Assembly (NCBI GenBank): GCA_003693705.1 | Contig: RBZT01000337.1 | Coordinates: 1-64,000, forward strand | Source of the DNA: Polymyxa betae A26-41 | Lineage: Eukaryota > Protista > Endomyxa: Phytomyxea | Length of the DNA stretch: 64,000 bases | Direction: 5' to 3' | Part shown: positions 25,101 through 38,100 of the stretch, piece by piece | How positions within the stretch are numbered: the first letter of the stretch is position 1 | Layout of the letters: each line of letters begins with the position of its first letter | Notes under the pieces: generated by a model | Databases searched by the model: none | Told to the model about the DNA's origin: nothing | The model's input: the letters and a program-made list of their open reading frames with translations, nothing else | Position numbers and translations under genes: made by a program

Positions 25101-27849
25101 ACCAAATAAGCTACTGTGCAATAACATCACGTGCGCCTACTTGGCAAACTTGTCGAATTGGTTTTTGTGTACAGTCAAAAACAGGCAGCTAGACGTCGTT
25201 ATGTATGTGGCACTGCTATGAGCATCATTAATTAACGCAGCAGTCCCAATAGATGACCCTGAAACGGATCTTAGAAAGTTGATTTACAGACGCGGTCGTA
25301 AATGTTACCTGAGCGCAATGTCTCCACAATATGTCCATCGATTGATTTATCCACAGTGCCACTAGATAAGAGATAAATAGCCTCAAATGCTTGACCCTGC
25401 TGTACAAGGACAGCGTCCTTCTTCTCAGGCTGGTACTGCATGATCGCAGCAAGCAATTCCAGCTTTGACCACTACCAAATTTAAGGAATCCATATTCTCA
25501 CAGAATGTGAAACATACAGGTTTGTTTTCTTTAACATGCCGGAATAGTTCGAACCGCTGAAGAGCATTACTAGTTCTAAGCCGATCAGTTAAGATACCAT
25601 AGAGATACTGGCGGGATAGCATCTACCGATGCAAGATCAAACTATTGAAGCTCTCCGACAGCTCTGGGGCGATATTGCTAAATGCTCTGAATGATTTTTG
25701 ATCAAGAACACAGAACAAGGTATCAGTCAAGCATGTAACAGTAGCAGTACGCGGTGAATCCAGCAACAATGAAATTTCCCCAAACCATTGCCCTGTAACG
25801 AAAATTCAAGTCAGCATTTGGGTTTCCTGATCACGAGATAGAATAGTGCAACCTGATCCCAGCTCTTCCACTGTTATATCAGAGTCGATGGTTGGATCAT
25901 AGACATGAACCGAGCAGAGCCCGTTCGCAATGATGTAGAAACCGATGCTATATTCGCCTTCTCGGCAAACAATGTCGCCGGCTGCCATTTGCTGGAATCG
26001 GAACAGGTTACCGAGCAAGGCAAGTTTGGACCACTAATTGGTACAGTTATTAAGTCGTCGCCATATTGTGTATATCGAGTGGTAAGACCACATACCGGCT
26101 TGTTTTCTTTAATTTTGGCAAAGAATGGCATCGACCGAAGCTGCTCAGCCGTCCGAACGCTGAGATTTGCCTGAATTGCACTCTGCAGCTCAGGAGCACA
26201 CTGAAAAGACTATCAGTGTATGTAGCTATGTTTTACGTTTAATGTCCTTACTTCACTGAACTTGACGAAATCTTGACGATCGAGACGCAGCAACATCGTT
26301 CGTGCCATGCTAGTAGCGGTGACGGTACATAGAGGAGACTGACCCAGTAAGGCATCCTCCCCAAACCACTTGCCGTTGTCCAAAATGTTTAATTCTATTG
26401 GCGGTTCTGAAAGCTGTAAGCCCTTTGGAAAGAATGGCCTATGAGAATACTACCTGAATCTGTTGGACCTTGGCTCCAGAGCCGAACCTTTCCTGGATTT
26501 TTGAATAAGCTTACGGTTAGTAATCACGTAATCGGAAGTTTACCTTCAAAGATAATGTAGAAGGAGTCGGCGGCTTGACCTTGCTGAAATATATCCTGGC
26601 CTTCGGCAGTCTCGACATAACGGAACATCGATGAAAGCAAGCTAAGCTTCTCCTCATCGAAACTTTTAACCAGCCCTCCATGTTTCTGCTTTACTTGAAG
26701 TGGAGAGAAGAAAGGAATCGTTTTCAGCCGTATAGATGTACGCTGTGTCAGTGACTGCTCTAATCGTTCCCTTATTCGTGAATCGCCATTCTCAAGATAA
26801 TCTGCTCGGATTTGAGTTAAATGTCAAGTCAGATGTCGGGCATTAGCGCATACGGTTGAAATCCTTTTTGTGAAGTGAAAGGCATTGAGTGTTGTCTAGA
26901 ATGGTGGTGATTGTGGCTCCTTGTTTCACAGAGCTTAGCAGCGACATCTACTATTCTGTCAAAAACCGATAAGCAATTCGAAGTGGAATTTACTTCTCCG
27001 AAGTACGATGGGCTTTTTAGTACTCCCAGGTGAATACCGTTTGAAGTTATAGACACTCCTCCATTTCGAATCACATAAAACTGTTCCCCTAACATAGTAC
27101 ATTCAGTAGTGCAACCTCAATTCAAGCAGTTTGTTCACCAAGCTCGCCCTGTTGTAAGATAACAGTCCCAGCTTTAGAAAACAACGCGTCCTTAAAGAAA
27201 GACGACAGCCTGCAGTGGCGTCAAAACCGGGGCCATTTGCTAAATGAAAGGTGACCGTTGTAATTCGACGTCGGAGACACCATGGAAGAACGGAGATCGA
27301 CGAAGCAAGAGGATGCGTTCGAATAACCCCGATGTTAATGTGACGAGTTTCGGGACATCTCTGTCCCTCTTTTTAAAACTTTGATGTTTTAGGGGATCCT
27401 CGGGAGTAGTTTGTGGGTGTGGAGCCACTTCGTTCGTGTTCTACGAGGCAACTAGATTCAGTTGATAGATAGGAAATGACGCCGCTATGATCACCTGCTC
27501 TCCTCGCTTCAGAACGGATTTAATTTTGTTCGGTATCATCATCCACTTTGGTTGTCCTGATTCTGAAATATCTTCCGGTTTTGCCGATTTCTTCACAGTT
27601 GCTACAAATATAAATTCGAGTCTAACGGATCTTCGATATGGATTTCATACCTCGCAGTTTCACCCCAACATCGACGGAGACTGAGATTTTACCCGAATCG
27701 GAGCTTGCAGCATGCGAATCGATCGCCTAAAAGCAATTGTAATTTCTATTATGGGCTTCGAACGCCAAGAAACAAAGCATAAACAATGCCTAAAATATAG
27801 ATATCCCGAGGACCATTTTTGAGTTAATCCTTTTGAAGATACTCTTCAT
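22120..27849 (-). CDS. Protein with eight tandem cyclic-nucleotide-binding (CNB) domains, multi-exon
   Basis: Repeated CNB motifs: LxxxPFF; (Q/E)G(E/D)xxxxFY(I/V)IxxG; FGEISLLLDSPRTAT (~25740-25785); FGEISLILDTPRTAT (~23265-23310); FGEAALL (~22735-22760). Probable start MKSIFKRINSKM at 27849, stop TGA at 22120-22122. Confidence 0.85.
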
Positions 27850-28899
27850 TGTTGCTGTTTGAGGCGTTTGCCGTCAAAAGCAGGATCAAAACCGTCGAAG
27901 CCGATCCAGAACTAGCACGCCACGAAAATCAAGCCAACCAGGATAATACACAGATCGGACGTTGCTAATTGAGGTAGATATTTGCTGGGTCGAGGGCACG
28001 ATCCTGGTCTGCGATCTATTTTCTATTAAGAGACTTTTTATTCGATAGCTGTCAAGGCATCTCAGCACAGCTTTCTAAACCAGTGAGTACAAGAACCTAA
28101 AAACCGCCTATGATGAATGGGTGTCGTGGATTGCACTAATGCGAGACAAAGCATACGATCAGGCACAGCTGCGGCAGATAGCTTTCAGATTGGTTACGTG
28201 TGAGTTCATAGAATGTAGAACGAGATGACACCAGGTAAATTCAGAACTTCACCGCTATGATCGGCCCAAATTTCTGTGAGATTCGGGTTTCCTAACCCAC
28301 ACAAAGTCTATGAAATGTTATTACACTGGAGAATTAGCTACGATGCATAGTCAGAGTTACCAGGTGCAATTATTCTAACAATGAACAAGTTAATGTCATA
28401 GCACGTATTGGCAGTTGATGCAGAAAAAGGTAGCCATCGTGAAACCAATCATGGTGTATCTGGTCGTAAGGGTTTAGGGTTTACAACTCCGGATATCGGA
28501 CGCTCTCAAGATTCAGTTGGCATTTCAGATGCGGACTTGCACCCATCATCCCATCTGAACTCAATCGCCAATGATGAGAAGTTTGTTCCATCGCGATCCT
28601 GCTTCGCAGGGGCAGATCTGTTCTATACGCTGCCATTCGGCTGCATATATAGTAATCGCCCCGCAAGCAATGACGATGAAAAGGCGACACTGAGGCATCA
28701 CTTTACTACAGAAATCAGCAGAAAGATTATGAGAATCTCATCACCGAAGCTCTCGAGTGGCATCTCAAAAATTCGTAAACGCACGTCCATCTCCGATTAA
28801 TAAAACTTTTGGATGTATGTAGCTCTTCATCAACTGAACGATGATCATCCGTCAACCCCGACGATTGCTCTATGAGATTGCATTAGCGTTCTTTCAATC

Positions 28900-29850
28900 G
28901 AAGGCATGACATCATCTCTCCTTTAATGGAATGCTGTCTTCCTAAAGCAATCGCTAATCTTAGTCTTTGTTAATGGATATTGCCAGTAATTCACGAGCTC
29001 ATCCCAAGATGCTGATTTAGATTTGGAAAACTTGCACCGAATGGGACCGATTTTGAGCAATGCTTATAAAAGCGCATTTCGTCAAGTTGTTTATGAGATA
29101 TGAACTTCCTGTATGATACGACAATTATGGCCGCTCTGTCCACAGCTTTTGCCATTGTCGTATTCTGTGAATAACATATAATCAAAAGGTGTCATATTCG
29201 GTGCCATTTCTCTTAACATATGGACTTATCTTCACGTTTCTTTTTATGAGCGATTAGCTTTCGCCTCTCCAGTACTTTTTTGAAAGATTATCATGACACT
29301 GCTGTTATGCATGAACGAGTCTGCTGTACACAGAATGCTTCAGCCTGATGAGCTTCATTACAGAAACATGGTTTCAACCACTCTAAACGACCTCCAAAAT
29401 GAATTCCACAACTGGATAATTTCCAAGTTTGTTGACTACCGGCAGTCAGAATCATCGATTAAGACGCTGTTGATAACTGGCAGTAAAACGTTTTTTCGGT
29501 ACCATCACTATCAATTGTTCAAACTGTTTAAATGCAGAGCGATTTCAACTGAGATTTCACTCTCAGAAGAGCGATTACTCTTTGGGAACAAACTGGTACT
29601 CGGCAGCGGCAACGTGAAGGCTAAGCTCGGGGAGCGATGCATTGTCATGGGAGCAACGCCAAATTAAAATGATGATTGGACGGCGATTGTCTTCTGAAAG
29701 GTCGTAGCCATCATGGAATGGAATGGAATCGTCTAGTTTAATTAAAGGGCGCTGCTGCCACTTTCAGCACGAGCAGCTAATTCCAAACTTATCAGAATTA
29801 CACCCAGTGAATGTAGCCATTCTTGAGTAAACAGCTCTTTAAAAATTCGA
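28900..29850 (-). pseudogene. Degraded coding relic, possibly a transposon remnant
   Basis: Short reading segments broken by stops, including a zinc-knuckle-like SCGQSGHNCR (~29115-29150) and a basic stretch KVLERRKLIAHKKKRED. No intact ORF. Confidence 0.25.
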
Positions 29851-30181
29851 GCTTAAACATTCACAATTCAGGCGATCACGCTCTACCTATACGAACACCG
29901 CAAATGGGAACATATTTGGTTTCACTGAAGCTCGACAAAATCTGAATTTCTTCGAACGTGCTGTCGCCATTAATTGGAATACATTCTGGAGGAAGACATC
30001 GCCTTCAGGCGAAATTCCTTTTGCACTTTTTTCTTCGGTTGTACTGTATTGGCCTATTGGGTTTACCTAACAGAGTACCTATTAACAGACTACTCAGTAC
30101 ATTGTCACCGTGATTAACTAAATCGCCGCTCTTTAAACATTCATTCTGCTCCACCCAACTGAACTGATCTCGTTGTCGAAA

Positions 30182-31490
30182 ATGGAGTCATCCGTTGTGA
30201 TGTCGGTTTTGGACCGCTTACAGCGGGTACCATGGCTATTCGTTCGTCGTGTATCAGTCGTGAAGCTGACGGTCTTTAGGTGTCTCGTAATGCCGAGAAG
30301 ACGTTAGCTTTGGAATGCAGAAATCTGCAGTCAAAGCTTGAAAGTTTACCAACGGATCTGGAAGACAAGATCAGGGCTCTTCAATCTGTTGCCGATTCCA
30401 TCGACGATATGAATCGGAAAATAACAGAATGCAACAATGCCAAAGACAAGATGATAACTGTGTGCAAGAAACGGCTTCGATTTCTAAACGATGGCTGCCA
30501 AAATGACCCCGAACGTTTATTAGATTGGTTGTTATGCGATTATCTCAGCAGGAGAGGATTCTTGCAATCCGCCAAGAACTTGGCATCGTTATCGGAGCTC
30601 ACCGATTTGACTGACATAAACATCTATGAACAGCATCGTCAAATTCTGCTTGCCCTAAACAATCACAATACGGAACCAGCTCTACGATGGTGCCAAGCTA
30701 ACAAGTCGCGACTTCAAGCTGGTCAAAGTCCTTTGGAGTTTAATCTTCGTTTGCGTGATTTCGTCGGATTGGTAATGAAACGCGATTTTGCTGGAGCTAT
30801 TAGATACGTTAAAAGTCATATGTTGGCTGAATTTGAAAACCACAATGCTGTATTAAAACGGCATCTTGGCCTGGTTGCCTTTTACCACCAATCAGTATCA
30901 GGCGGCCATCAGTTATATGCTGACCTGTAAACATGTCCATTTTCCTGTATTTATTCTTGATTGAAATTGTCGTAGGTTGGATGATTCTTGTTGGAAAACC
31001 GTTCGTATCATGTTCAGCCAAGAATTCTTCCAAGTTCACAGTATAACATTCGTTGATTTTGAAGATTCTATTACTGATGAACTTATCAGAACTCTCTCCT
31101 GATCCTCAATTAGATCTGTATTTAAAGACTGGACTCTGTGCCTTGAAAAGTCGGTCCTGCGGAACGCCAAACAAAAGCATAAGCGACTGTCCTGTAATAG
31201 ATGCATTGCAGCAAAACTGTAAATCTAACCACATAAAGGTCTGCTCCCAGGACGTGGTTGAGCTGGCGGCCAAGCTCAAAGGAGCTCCAAAAACTATCTC
31301 CTGCTTGGTGTGCCGACTAACTGGTGACGTCATGGATGAATCCAATCCACCTATGGTTGTCCCAAACGGGCAGGTATATAGCAGAGCGGGATTATACTCA
31401 CTGGCGCTGATGAACGGTGGTGATATTCTCTGTCCTGAAACAGGAACCAATTATAATCTATCGGACTGCAAAAACGTTTTCGTTCTCTAG
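30182..31490 (+). CDS. MAEA: CTLH/GID E3 ligase subunit MAEA / Gid9 (Fyv10)
   Basis: LisH (LDWLLCDYLSRRGFLQSAKNLA), CTLH (ALRWCQANKSRL...LEFNLRL), CRA, and the degenerate RING CPVC...SCLVCRLTGDVMDESNPPMVVPNGQVYS...CPETG. Confidence 0.88.
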
Positions 31491-31542
31491 AATTGAATGT
31501 AAATTTATTTAATCACAATCCTCTGTTTAGAAGAAAAGGCAT

Positions 31543-32340
31543 CTAGTACTGGGCCGATAACAAGGTCTGGACACTCAGGCAGTGTAAAGGCGTTGAACCA
31601 CAGAATCCTCGGGCAGAGCAGCATTCGCCGGTTGAGCATCCAGCCCATCCGACCTGTGGACCACAACGTCCATCAGGTCGTACTGGAGCCCATCCTGACT
31701 TGGGTGGACCTTGGTTAATGCTCGATACCAAGGCCTGCATATCGGCACGTGGCACCAAAGGATACTGGCGCGGGCAAGACACGAGCTGGAGATCTTCGAA
31801 GCTAATCACAGCGGCGTTTGGAAGCGCCGGAATGACGAACGTGATCGCTTGTAGGCGTCCGTTGAACCAGTCACGTGCCATTGTTGGAAAATCAGTCAGA
31901 GGGATGCGGACGAACGTATCTTGACCGTTCAACGGATTATACGATGATAAGCGAACGCTGGCAGTCTTATTCGCCATACCACCACATCCGCTCGTTCCTG
32001 TCTCTAAGATGATCGACATGTCAATACCAGCAGGTACTTGAACACGGAAAGACAGCAATGTCTCGACATCGGACTCGGGAGGAATCGACAGGCAAGAAGC
32101 CCCGTTTGTTAGCGATGTGGTGAAGGCAACGGGTTCACCTGGTGCCGAACTGATTTGCAGTCGGGAGTTGACGATGGCGGCCCGGCCACCAATCACAGCT
32201 TGAGGTAGACTAAGCGCATTGGTCGTTAGCGATGATGGGCCGCCGTTAAATGAGTTGATAACGAGACGTCGAGTCTGCGCCAAAGCGCTTTCACTCAGGA
32301 ACAACGCGACGATCGCGATCACAACGATGGCCACACGCAT
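31543..32340 (-). CDS. Secreted protein with beta-rich domain and C-terminal hevein/CBM18 chitin-binding domain; intronless
   Basis: Signal peptide MRVAIVVIAIVALFLSESALA (ATG 32340). C-terminal DGRCGPQVGWAGCSTGECCSARGFCGSTPLHC matches the hevein consensus. Confidence 0.85.
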   Translation of the reverse strand: MRVAIVVIAIVALFLSESALAQTRRLVINSFNGGPSSLTTNALSLPQAVIGGRAAIVNSRLQISSAPGEPVAFTTSLTNGASCLSIPPESDVETLLSFRVQVPAGIDMSIILETGTSGCGGMANKTASVRLSSYNPLNGQDTFVRIPLTDFPTMARDWFNGRLQAITFVIPALPNAAVISFEDLQLVSCPRQYPLVPRADMQALVSSINQGPPKSGWAPVRPDGRCGPQVGWAGCSTGECCSARGFCGSTPLHCLSVQTLLSAQY

Positions 32341-33021
32341 AGAGCCTTTAGAAATGATTTGGATTATTAAATATGGCTCAAGGTGTCGGAGTAGGAACAG
32401 ATCACATCCCACATTCTGACTCAATACAACTTGAGTCAATATAGTCATGATTCAACTGGGTGAATTAGTCATGATTGGATCCTCCAGTGATCTGATCGAA
32501 TCAAGCAGCAACGGAATGCGTTGATGTTGGTCTAAGTCGAACTCCTTCAATAACATTTGCTGATCTAGACTTGTTTCAATAAAATAAGAAGGTCCCTTCT
32601 CACCCTTTCAAGCCAGCAAAATTCCTGGTAAACAATATCACAATCTATTTTCAAAATTTTCACGAGATCTGACTGAGGGAGGTCATTACAAAGTTATCAA
32701 AACCTGTTAATGGGTCAATGTTCCTTAGCAGGATCTACTGGTAGTAAACTACAGACCTTTAGGGTTTATTACCCTGAGATTGTACAAGTAAATATTGAAT
32801 GCATGCCAATGTACCAGCGCATTCATTAGAGCTGATCAATTAACGTCAAAGGGGAAACTACTGCCCCGACGAACTGATCGGTGAGTCTTTGTGGCAATCT
32901 CTGCTTTAAATATGAGATGATTGCTCAAAGATATAATTAATACACACGAATCTTCGTTATATCTTTGAGCAATCGTCTCAAGTTTGAACGAGAGATTGCC
33001 ACAAGAAGTGATACCCGCCCC

Positions 33022-34933
33022 ATGATCCATGCAATCATGAACGGCCGAGCGCAACAATTGCATAAACTTGATCGGCCGCGAACGGCGAAAAGTCGAAGTA
33101 GGGAGGATCTGGGTTTCTGCGTTGAGCTGCTGCCTTCCGACTCCATTGCTCAGCTGCCATCTGCGATTAGCTGATGCTGGTCCAGGAGCCGGAGGATCGG
33201 CCTTGGGTCGATGCTCTGTTGGCGGTCATCTCCGATACCGAGCTGAATCTCTGCCCTGCCGATACTCTGTCCTATTGTCGATATTATCATCTGCCAACCG
33301 GGGCTTTCGACTTGGTCGCTGTTGACGCCCTGCTTCGTGCTATGGCCAGGAGGATAGCAGCCACTTCCAGAGTACGCTTTCACATATTGCTTTCTGCTAT
33401 CTTTACACTGCTTTTAAGGTTGCTGCCTATTTGGTCTATTTCCACCAATCACTCAAGTTCCCAATCACGGCTGCTTTGTCTTCGTTGGCAGGAGAATCGC
33501 CTTCTACGGCTGTACGAACAGCATCATTTCTGCTACAAGATTCAGAATCGCCTGCAGACTTCCTACAAGATCCCGATCATATTTTAAAGTGGATTTTTCT
33601 TGAAAGCGGCCCGAATGATTTTCGCAACCTATCGTCGATATTCCGAACTTTTGTAAAGCACTTCAAGCATGCTGTTAAGCTACGTTCTGAGTGCAATTAC
33701 TGGATGGAGGTCGTCCTTACTAAGATGCCTCTGCTGCCGGGCGAGCGTCTTGAAGCTGTCACCTTGATTGGAACGGCTGTCACTGGTTGGCGAGACGCCC
33801 CTGAAATAATGTATGAGCAGCTGTACTACCTGGTTCTCTATGTAAAGTCGAACTTTGGCGATGGGGCTGTACGCCTGTTTCTGGATCAGATTCAATATGA
33901 CCAACGAATTGGTCTGGACCCTCGTCTGATCCTGCCTAATAACAGTCATCTGCTGATCAGAATGCCGCCCTGTGACTCGGATTTCTTTCAGGAACTCCCA
34001 ACACATCATCAGATCATTTTTGTCGATTCGATGGAAAGTCTCCAACGTGCTGCTTCGATCCTATTGAGCGCTGATATAGTTGGGCTTGATACTGAAACTA
34101 AACCCGTCTTCAGGAAAGGTAATCTCTATTTTCTTGTTCTATTCGAGTGGTCAATTCGTGCTGTTAAGGAGGAAAACCGAACCCAGTTGCTCTGCTGCAA
34201 ATATCCTCTCGAGAGCACAGTTTTATCTTCGATCTTCTTTATTTTGGGGATAGGACAAGTTTGGTTCACTACCACCATTCCCGCGACGTGATGTTTTCGG
34301 TTTTCGCCACACTCTTTCTCGATCCCTGCATATTAAAAGTAGGGATGCAATTTGGTCAGGTCTGTCTGATCCTGCATCGAGTTCTTTTCATAACTAAGAT
34401 ATTCCTAGGATTTGCAGCAGTTATACCACAATTACCCTGATCCATGTTTCGCCCGAATGGAAGCATATTTGGAAGTTACCGATCTGTTTCATTATATTTT
34501 TGAAGGTTAGATCGGCTGAGGACGATCAACGAAGGTCACTTAAAAGATTGATAGGATATTCGTTACCGTCTTTGAAGAAGCTGGTTCGCTATTGCACAGG
34601 GATGAAGTTGAATAAAACATGTCAGCGATCAGATTGGTCTCGAAGGCCATTGAATGTGAAACAACTATCGTATGCTGCTCTAGATGCTCATGTACGGTCT
34701 AGTGGATCTTCTCGCTATGGATTATTTAAGCATTTGAAACTTAGGTACTTATCAGCATTGCTGAGACATTGTTTTTCCAAGGAGAAGCCCGCGAACAGCA
34801 AGATTATGGTCTACATGAGAGTCTACATATCAAGTCGATTTCGGGAATTAACCCAAAACAGAAAGCGCCTCCTGTCGAATCATTAGAAGAGCCACCACCT
34901 TCGCACCGAGAGCGACGCCCATCGGATGTATAA
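33022..34933 (+). CDS. DEDDy 3'-5' exonuclease, EXD3/MUT-7/WRN-exo family, multi-exon
   Basis: ExoI VGLDTETKP, spliced NPVALLQIS, ILKVG, SLKKLV...LNKTCQRSDWSRRPLNVKQLSYAALDA (ExoIII). Confidence 0.82.
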
Positions 34934-35143
34934 GCCTTATTGTAATATTATCTAAAATAGTATATTAAACTGCCTCTATGTCAATTGTATTGGTCAGCTC
35001 AGTCCAAATTTGAATCTAAATTGTCATGTATTGTGAGGTTTCTGCGCCATCTGACAATGCGTTGTCGGGAGGCTTTACGTTTCGGAGTTGGTCTAATTCG
35101 TATCAGAGGCGTAGCTAGGCCATAATCATAGTTACTCGGGTGT

Positions 35144-38100
35144 ATGGAGCAGGTCAAACTGCTGCTTAAGAACCCAGGTTCATATCGTATTTGGCTGTGT
35201 TTGAATCGGGTCATAATATGATAGGTCAGATGCCAAAGCTAAGGCTCAGGGGTTGGATCAGGTTGCCAACCTAATAGGCACTCTGCCCTTCCACGTAAAG
35301 CTTCACCTATGCACTGGGTGTGTTTCTCAGCCTGTTAATAGGCCGACGATCCTTCTGCAATAGCAATTATCAAGTTGCTTCGGGAAATACTGAAAGGCAA
35401 TAATGCCAAGGTATTTTCCCGAGATTTGTCGCACCAACTTATTGAAGTAATATTGTTTAGATCACCCAGATGGCGTTAAAAGTGCTGTCAGACTTAGTTC
35501 GTAAACACGGTGTCGACTCGAGGAAGTATTTCGACAGCATCTGTGAACCTGGTTTGGCACGCCGGCAGCTGCCTTAATTGTTCGTGATTGGTATTGGTAG
35601 TGATCGAGCGGCTTGGAGACAACAAGACAGCTGTACGGCACGAGGCTATCGGCCTATATATGCAATTTATTCAGTGTATGGGCGATATGGATTACGCTTG
35701 GACTCGTCTACAGCAGCAAAGCATTCAGACAAAGTTGTATTCAGCCTGAGCGTCTTTCCAATTCTCAGCAAACTTTGCAGGAACGGGCATGTACGGCATT
35801 CTGCGTTAATTTGCTATCTACAAAGCGTGGAGAAAGTTGGGCTGAATTTCGTTCCAGTGACACCCGTTATCCCGTACGTTCTAAATCTCTTAGACGATCA
35901 GGTGCGAAACGAGTTTAAGCGTTGCACAAGTTTCTGATGCAGTTTAGTTGCCGGCTGTTCGAGAGGAATGTATTCGCTGTCTGACGATATTCTACCGTTA
36001 TATCGGTCCGGATTTCCACATCTTCTTAACTCAGAGCGCCGGCCTTCGTTCGGCCCACTTAAAAACCGTCCAACAAATGATCGAGGTCATAGAGATTTCT
36101 TCCGCCCAAAAGTCGTTCTCATTTGTTTATTGTCAGAAAACGATCCCGGTTCCTGAAATTGAGCGCATTCCCATTGATTGGAGCCGTGTTCCAATGAAAG
36201 CCGCCGTCATGGGCATCGTCCCCAAACCGTAAACAATTTTTTTTCGGATTAGCCATTTTCTCTTTCCCCTCATGGAAATCGTTTTAATAACATATAATAG
36301 CTCAACAAATGAGATTGGTTCGCCTGATTTGTCGAGTGAGATCGTCCCGATATTGATTACGACGGAATCCGACCTGGAGACGGAAATGGACCAGATCGTT
36401 GATGTAATCAAAGACTGTAAAAGCCATTGGCAGGTCGCTGGATGGCAATGTCACTGTCGGTGGCTTCATCTTCGTTTCAGGATCGGGTCGGAGCGCTGCG
36501 GAAATTGGGCGGTCTAGCACTCGGGCCAGCACGGCGCTTGCCAAGTTTCGCCTCGCAGCTGCGCCGGTCCCTACCGGGGATGATCGTCCAAGCCAACGAA
36601 CTCCGGTCGGCTGTTGCCAAGGTAATGAATGGTATTTGCATAACATGTATATTTTCCGATTTTTTTTTTGCTTGATCGATTCCCTTATTGAAGATTCCAG
36701 GAGACGTGCATGGTCGTCGCATTTCTATCGCGAACGTTGGGAAATGAATTCTCTTTAGTTACCGATGCGATCTTGCCTGAATTCCTCCGATTAACTATCT
36801 CCAGTATTCAGGTTGGACTACTGCATATCTGGTCGTACTGATTGTGGTTAACTCGGTGCTCAGGTTGTTGCAGACGCCGCCGACCAATGCATCCGGACAA
36901 TCCTCAAATACAGCAAGGTATGGACGTTTGTGTCTTTGTTTTTGCGTTTTTTGTCGGAAATTCACTCATGAACGTTAGGTTCAGAACGCTATTCGGAAAA
37001 TAATTGATTTTGCCCGCGGCAAGAACCCTTCCCTGAGAGCAACTGCCACGGTACCGAGTGCTCACCAGAGATCAAACGGAAATTTGGTGAAGCTAAACGG
37101 TCACCAGGAATATCTGGCGCTGTTGTTATCGTCGACTGCGGTCGATATTTTGGAGCGCTATTCCGAATCTATACTGGACCAGATCCGATATTCGTTGACG
37201 GATGCCAACGAAAACGCGCGACTCGCTGCCCGAGCTTGTTATTGGGCACTGCGGTCTCATTGGCCTCAACGCGCCCAACAACTTTACGATAGTCTCGATT
37301 CAGGTTTCTCCTTAACTCATGAACACGTTCATCTATGTGCTGAATACAGGTTTAGGCGTTCAAAAGGTTTTGCTACAATCGGCTCCTGAAAATTCTACTC
37401 AGAGGCCAGCACAAAAGGCGCGACGACGCTCGAAGCTTGTCTCGCCGCCTATTGTATCAATATCTTTGTTTTGCCTTGCCCTTAGCTGATGTCGTCTGTT
37501 GATCAGAATACGACTGTAAAAGACAAAGACCACGATGTCGACAAAGAACAAAAAGATCCAAACACTCGAACATTGGAAGGAGACGCACCTAGCCAGGATA
37601 ACATAGAGATGTTATCAACTCGTAATGCTCTTCACCGTTACCTACCTTCGGTTGGCGGAGCTGTTCGCATCGCCCGATCGGATCCGGACGACCAATTAAA
37701 TGGCAACTCGGTCGGTGACACTGTGGCCTTTGACTCACTTTTTTAACTTGGCCGGCAGAATTCAGCCCAGATCGTTGAACGACGCGTCCAGCTCCCTGCT
37801 GAGGTTTTCTGTTAGGGATGCGTATTCTTGGAATTAAAATGTGTCTAGCGTGTGTCCAGTGCCCGCCATCTAAATCACGAGCGACCTTCCATCAGTTCCG
37901 TTGATGAGGTGAAAGCGATGTGCGGTTCGAGAGATTGGAACGAACGTCATATCGCATTCGAATATCTGGCAACTAATGTGCCTTTGCTTTGTGACGACGA
38001 TACCAACCAAATTGTGGATATATTCCGCTCGCATATTAACGATAGGAACCCGAAGGTTGGATAAGTGATTCTTACGAACAGGCATTTGTGAACATGATGT

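Noticed and set aside
28469-28484. Telomere-like GGGTTTAGGGTTTA (similar at ~32758)
   Set aside because: Only about two units, expected by chance. No array.
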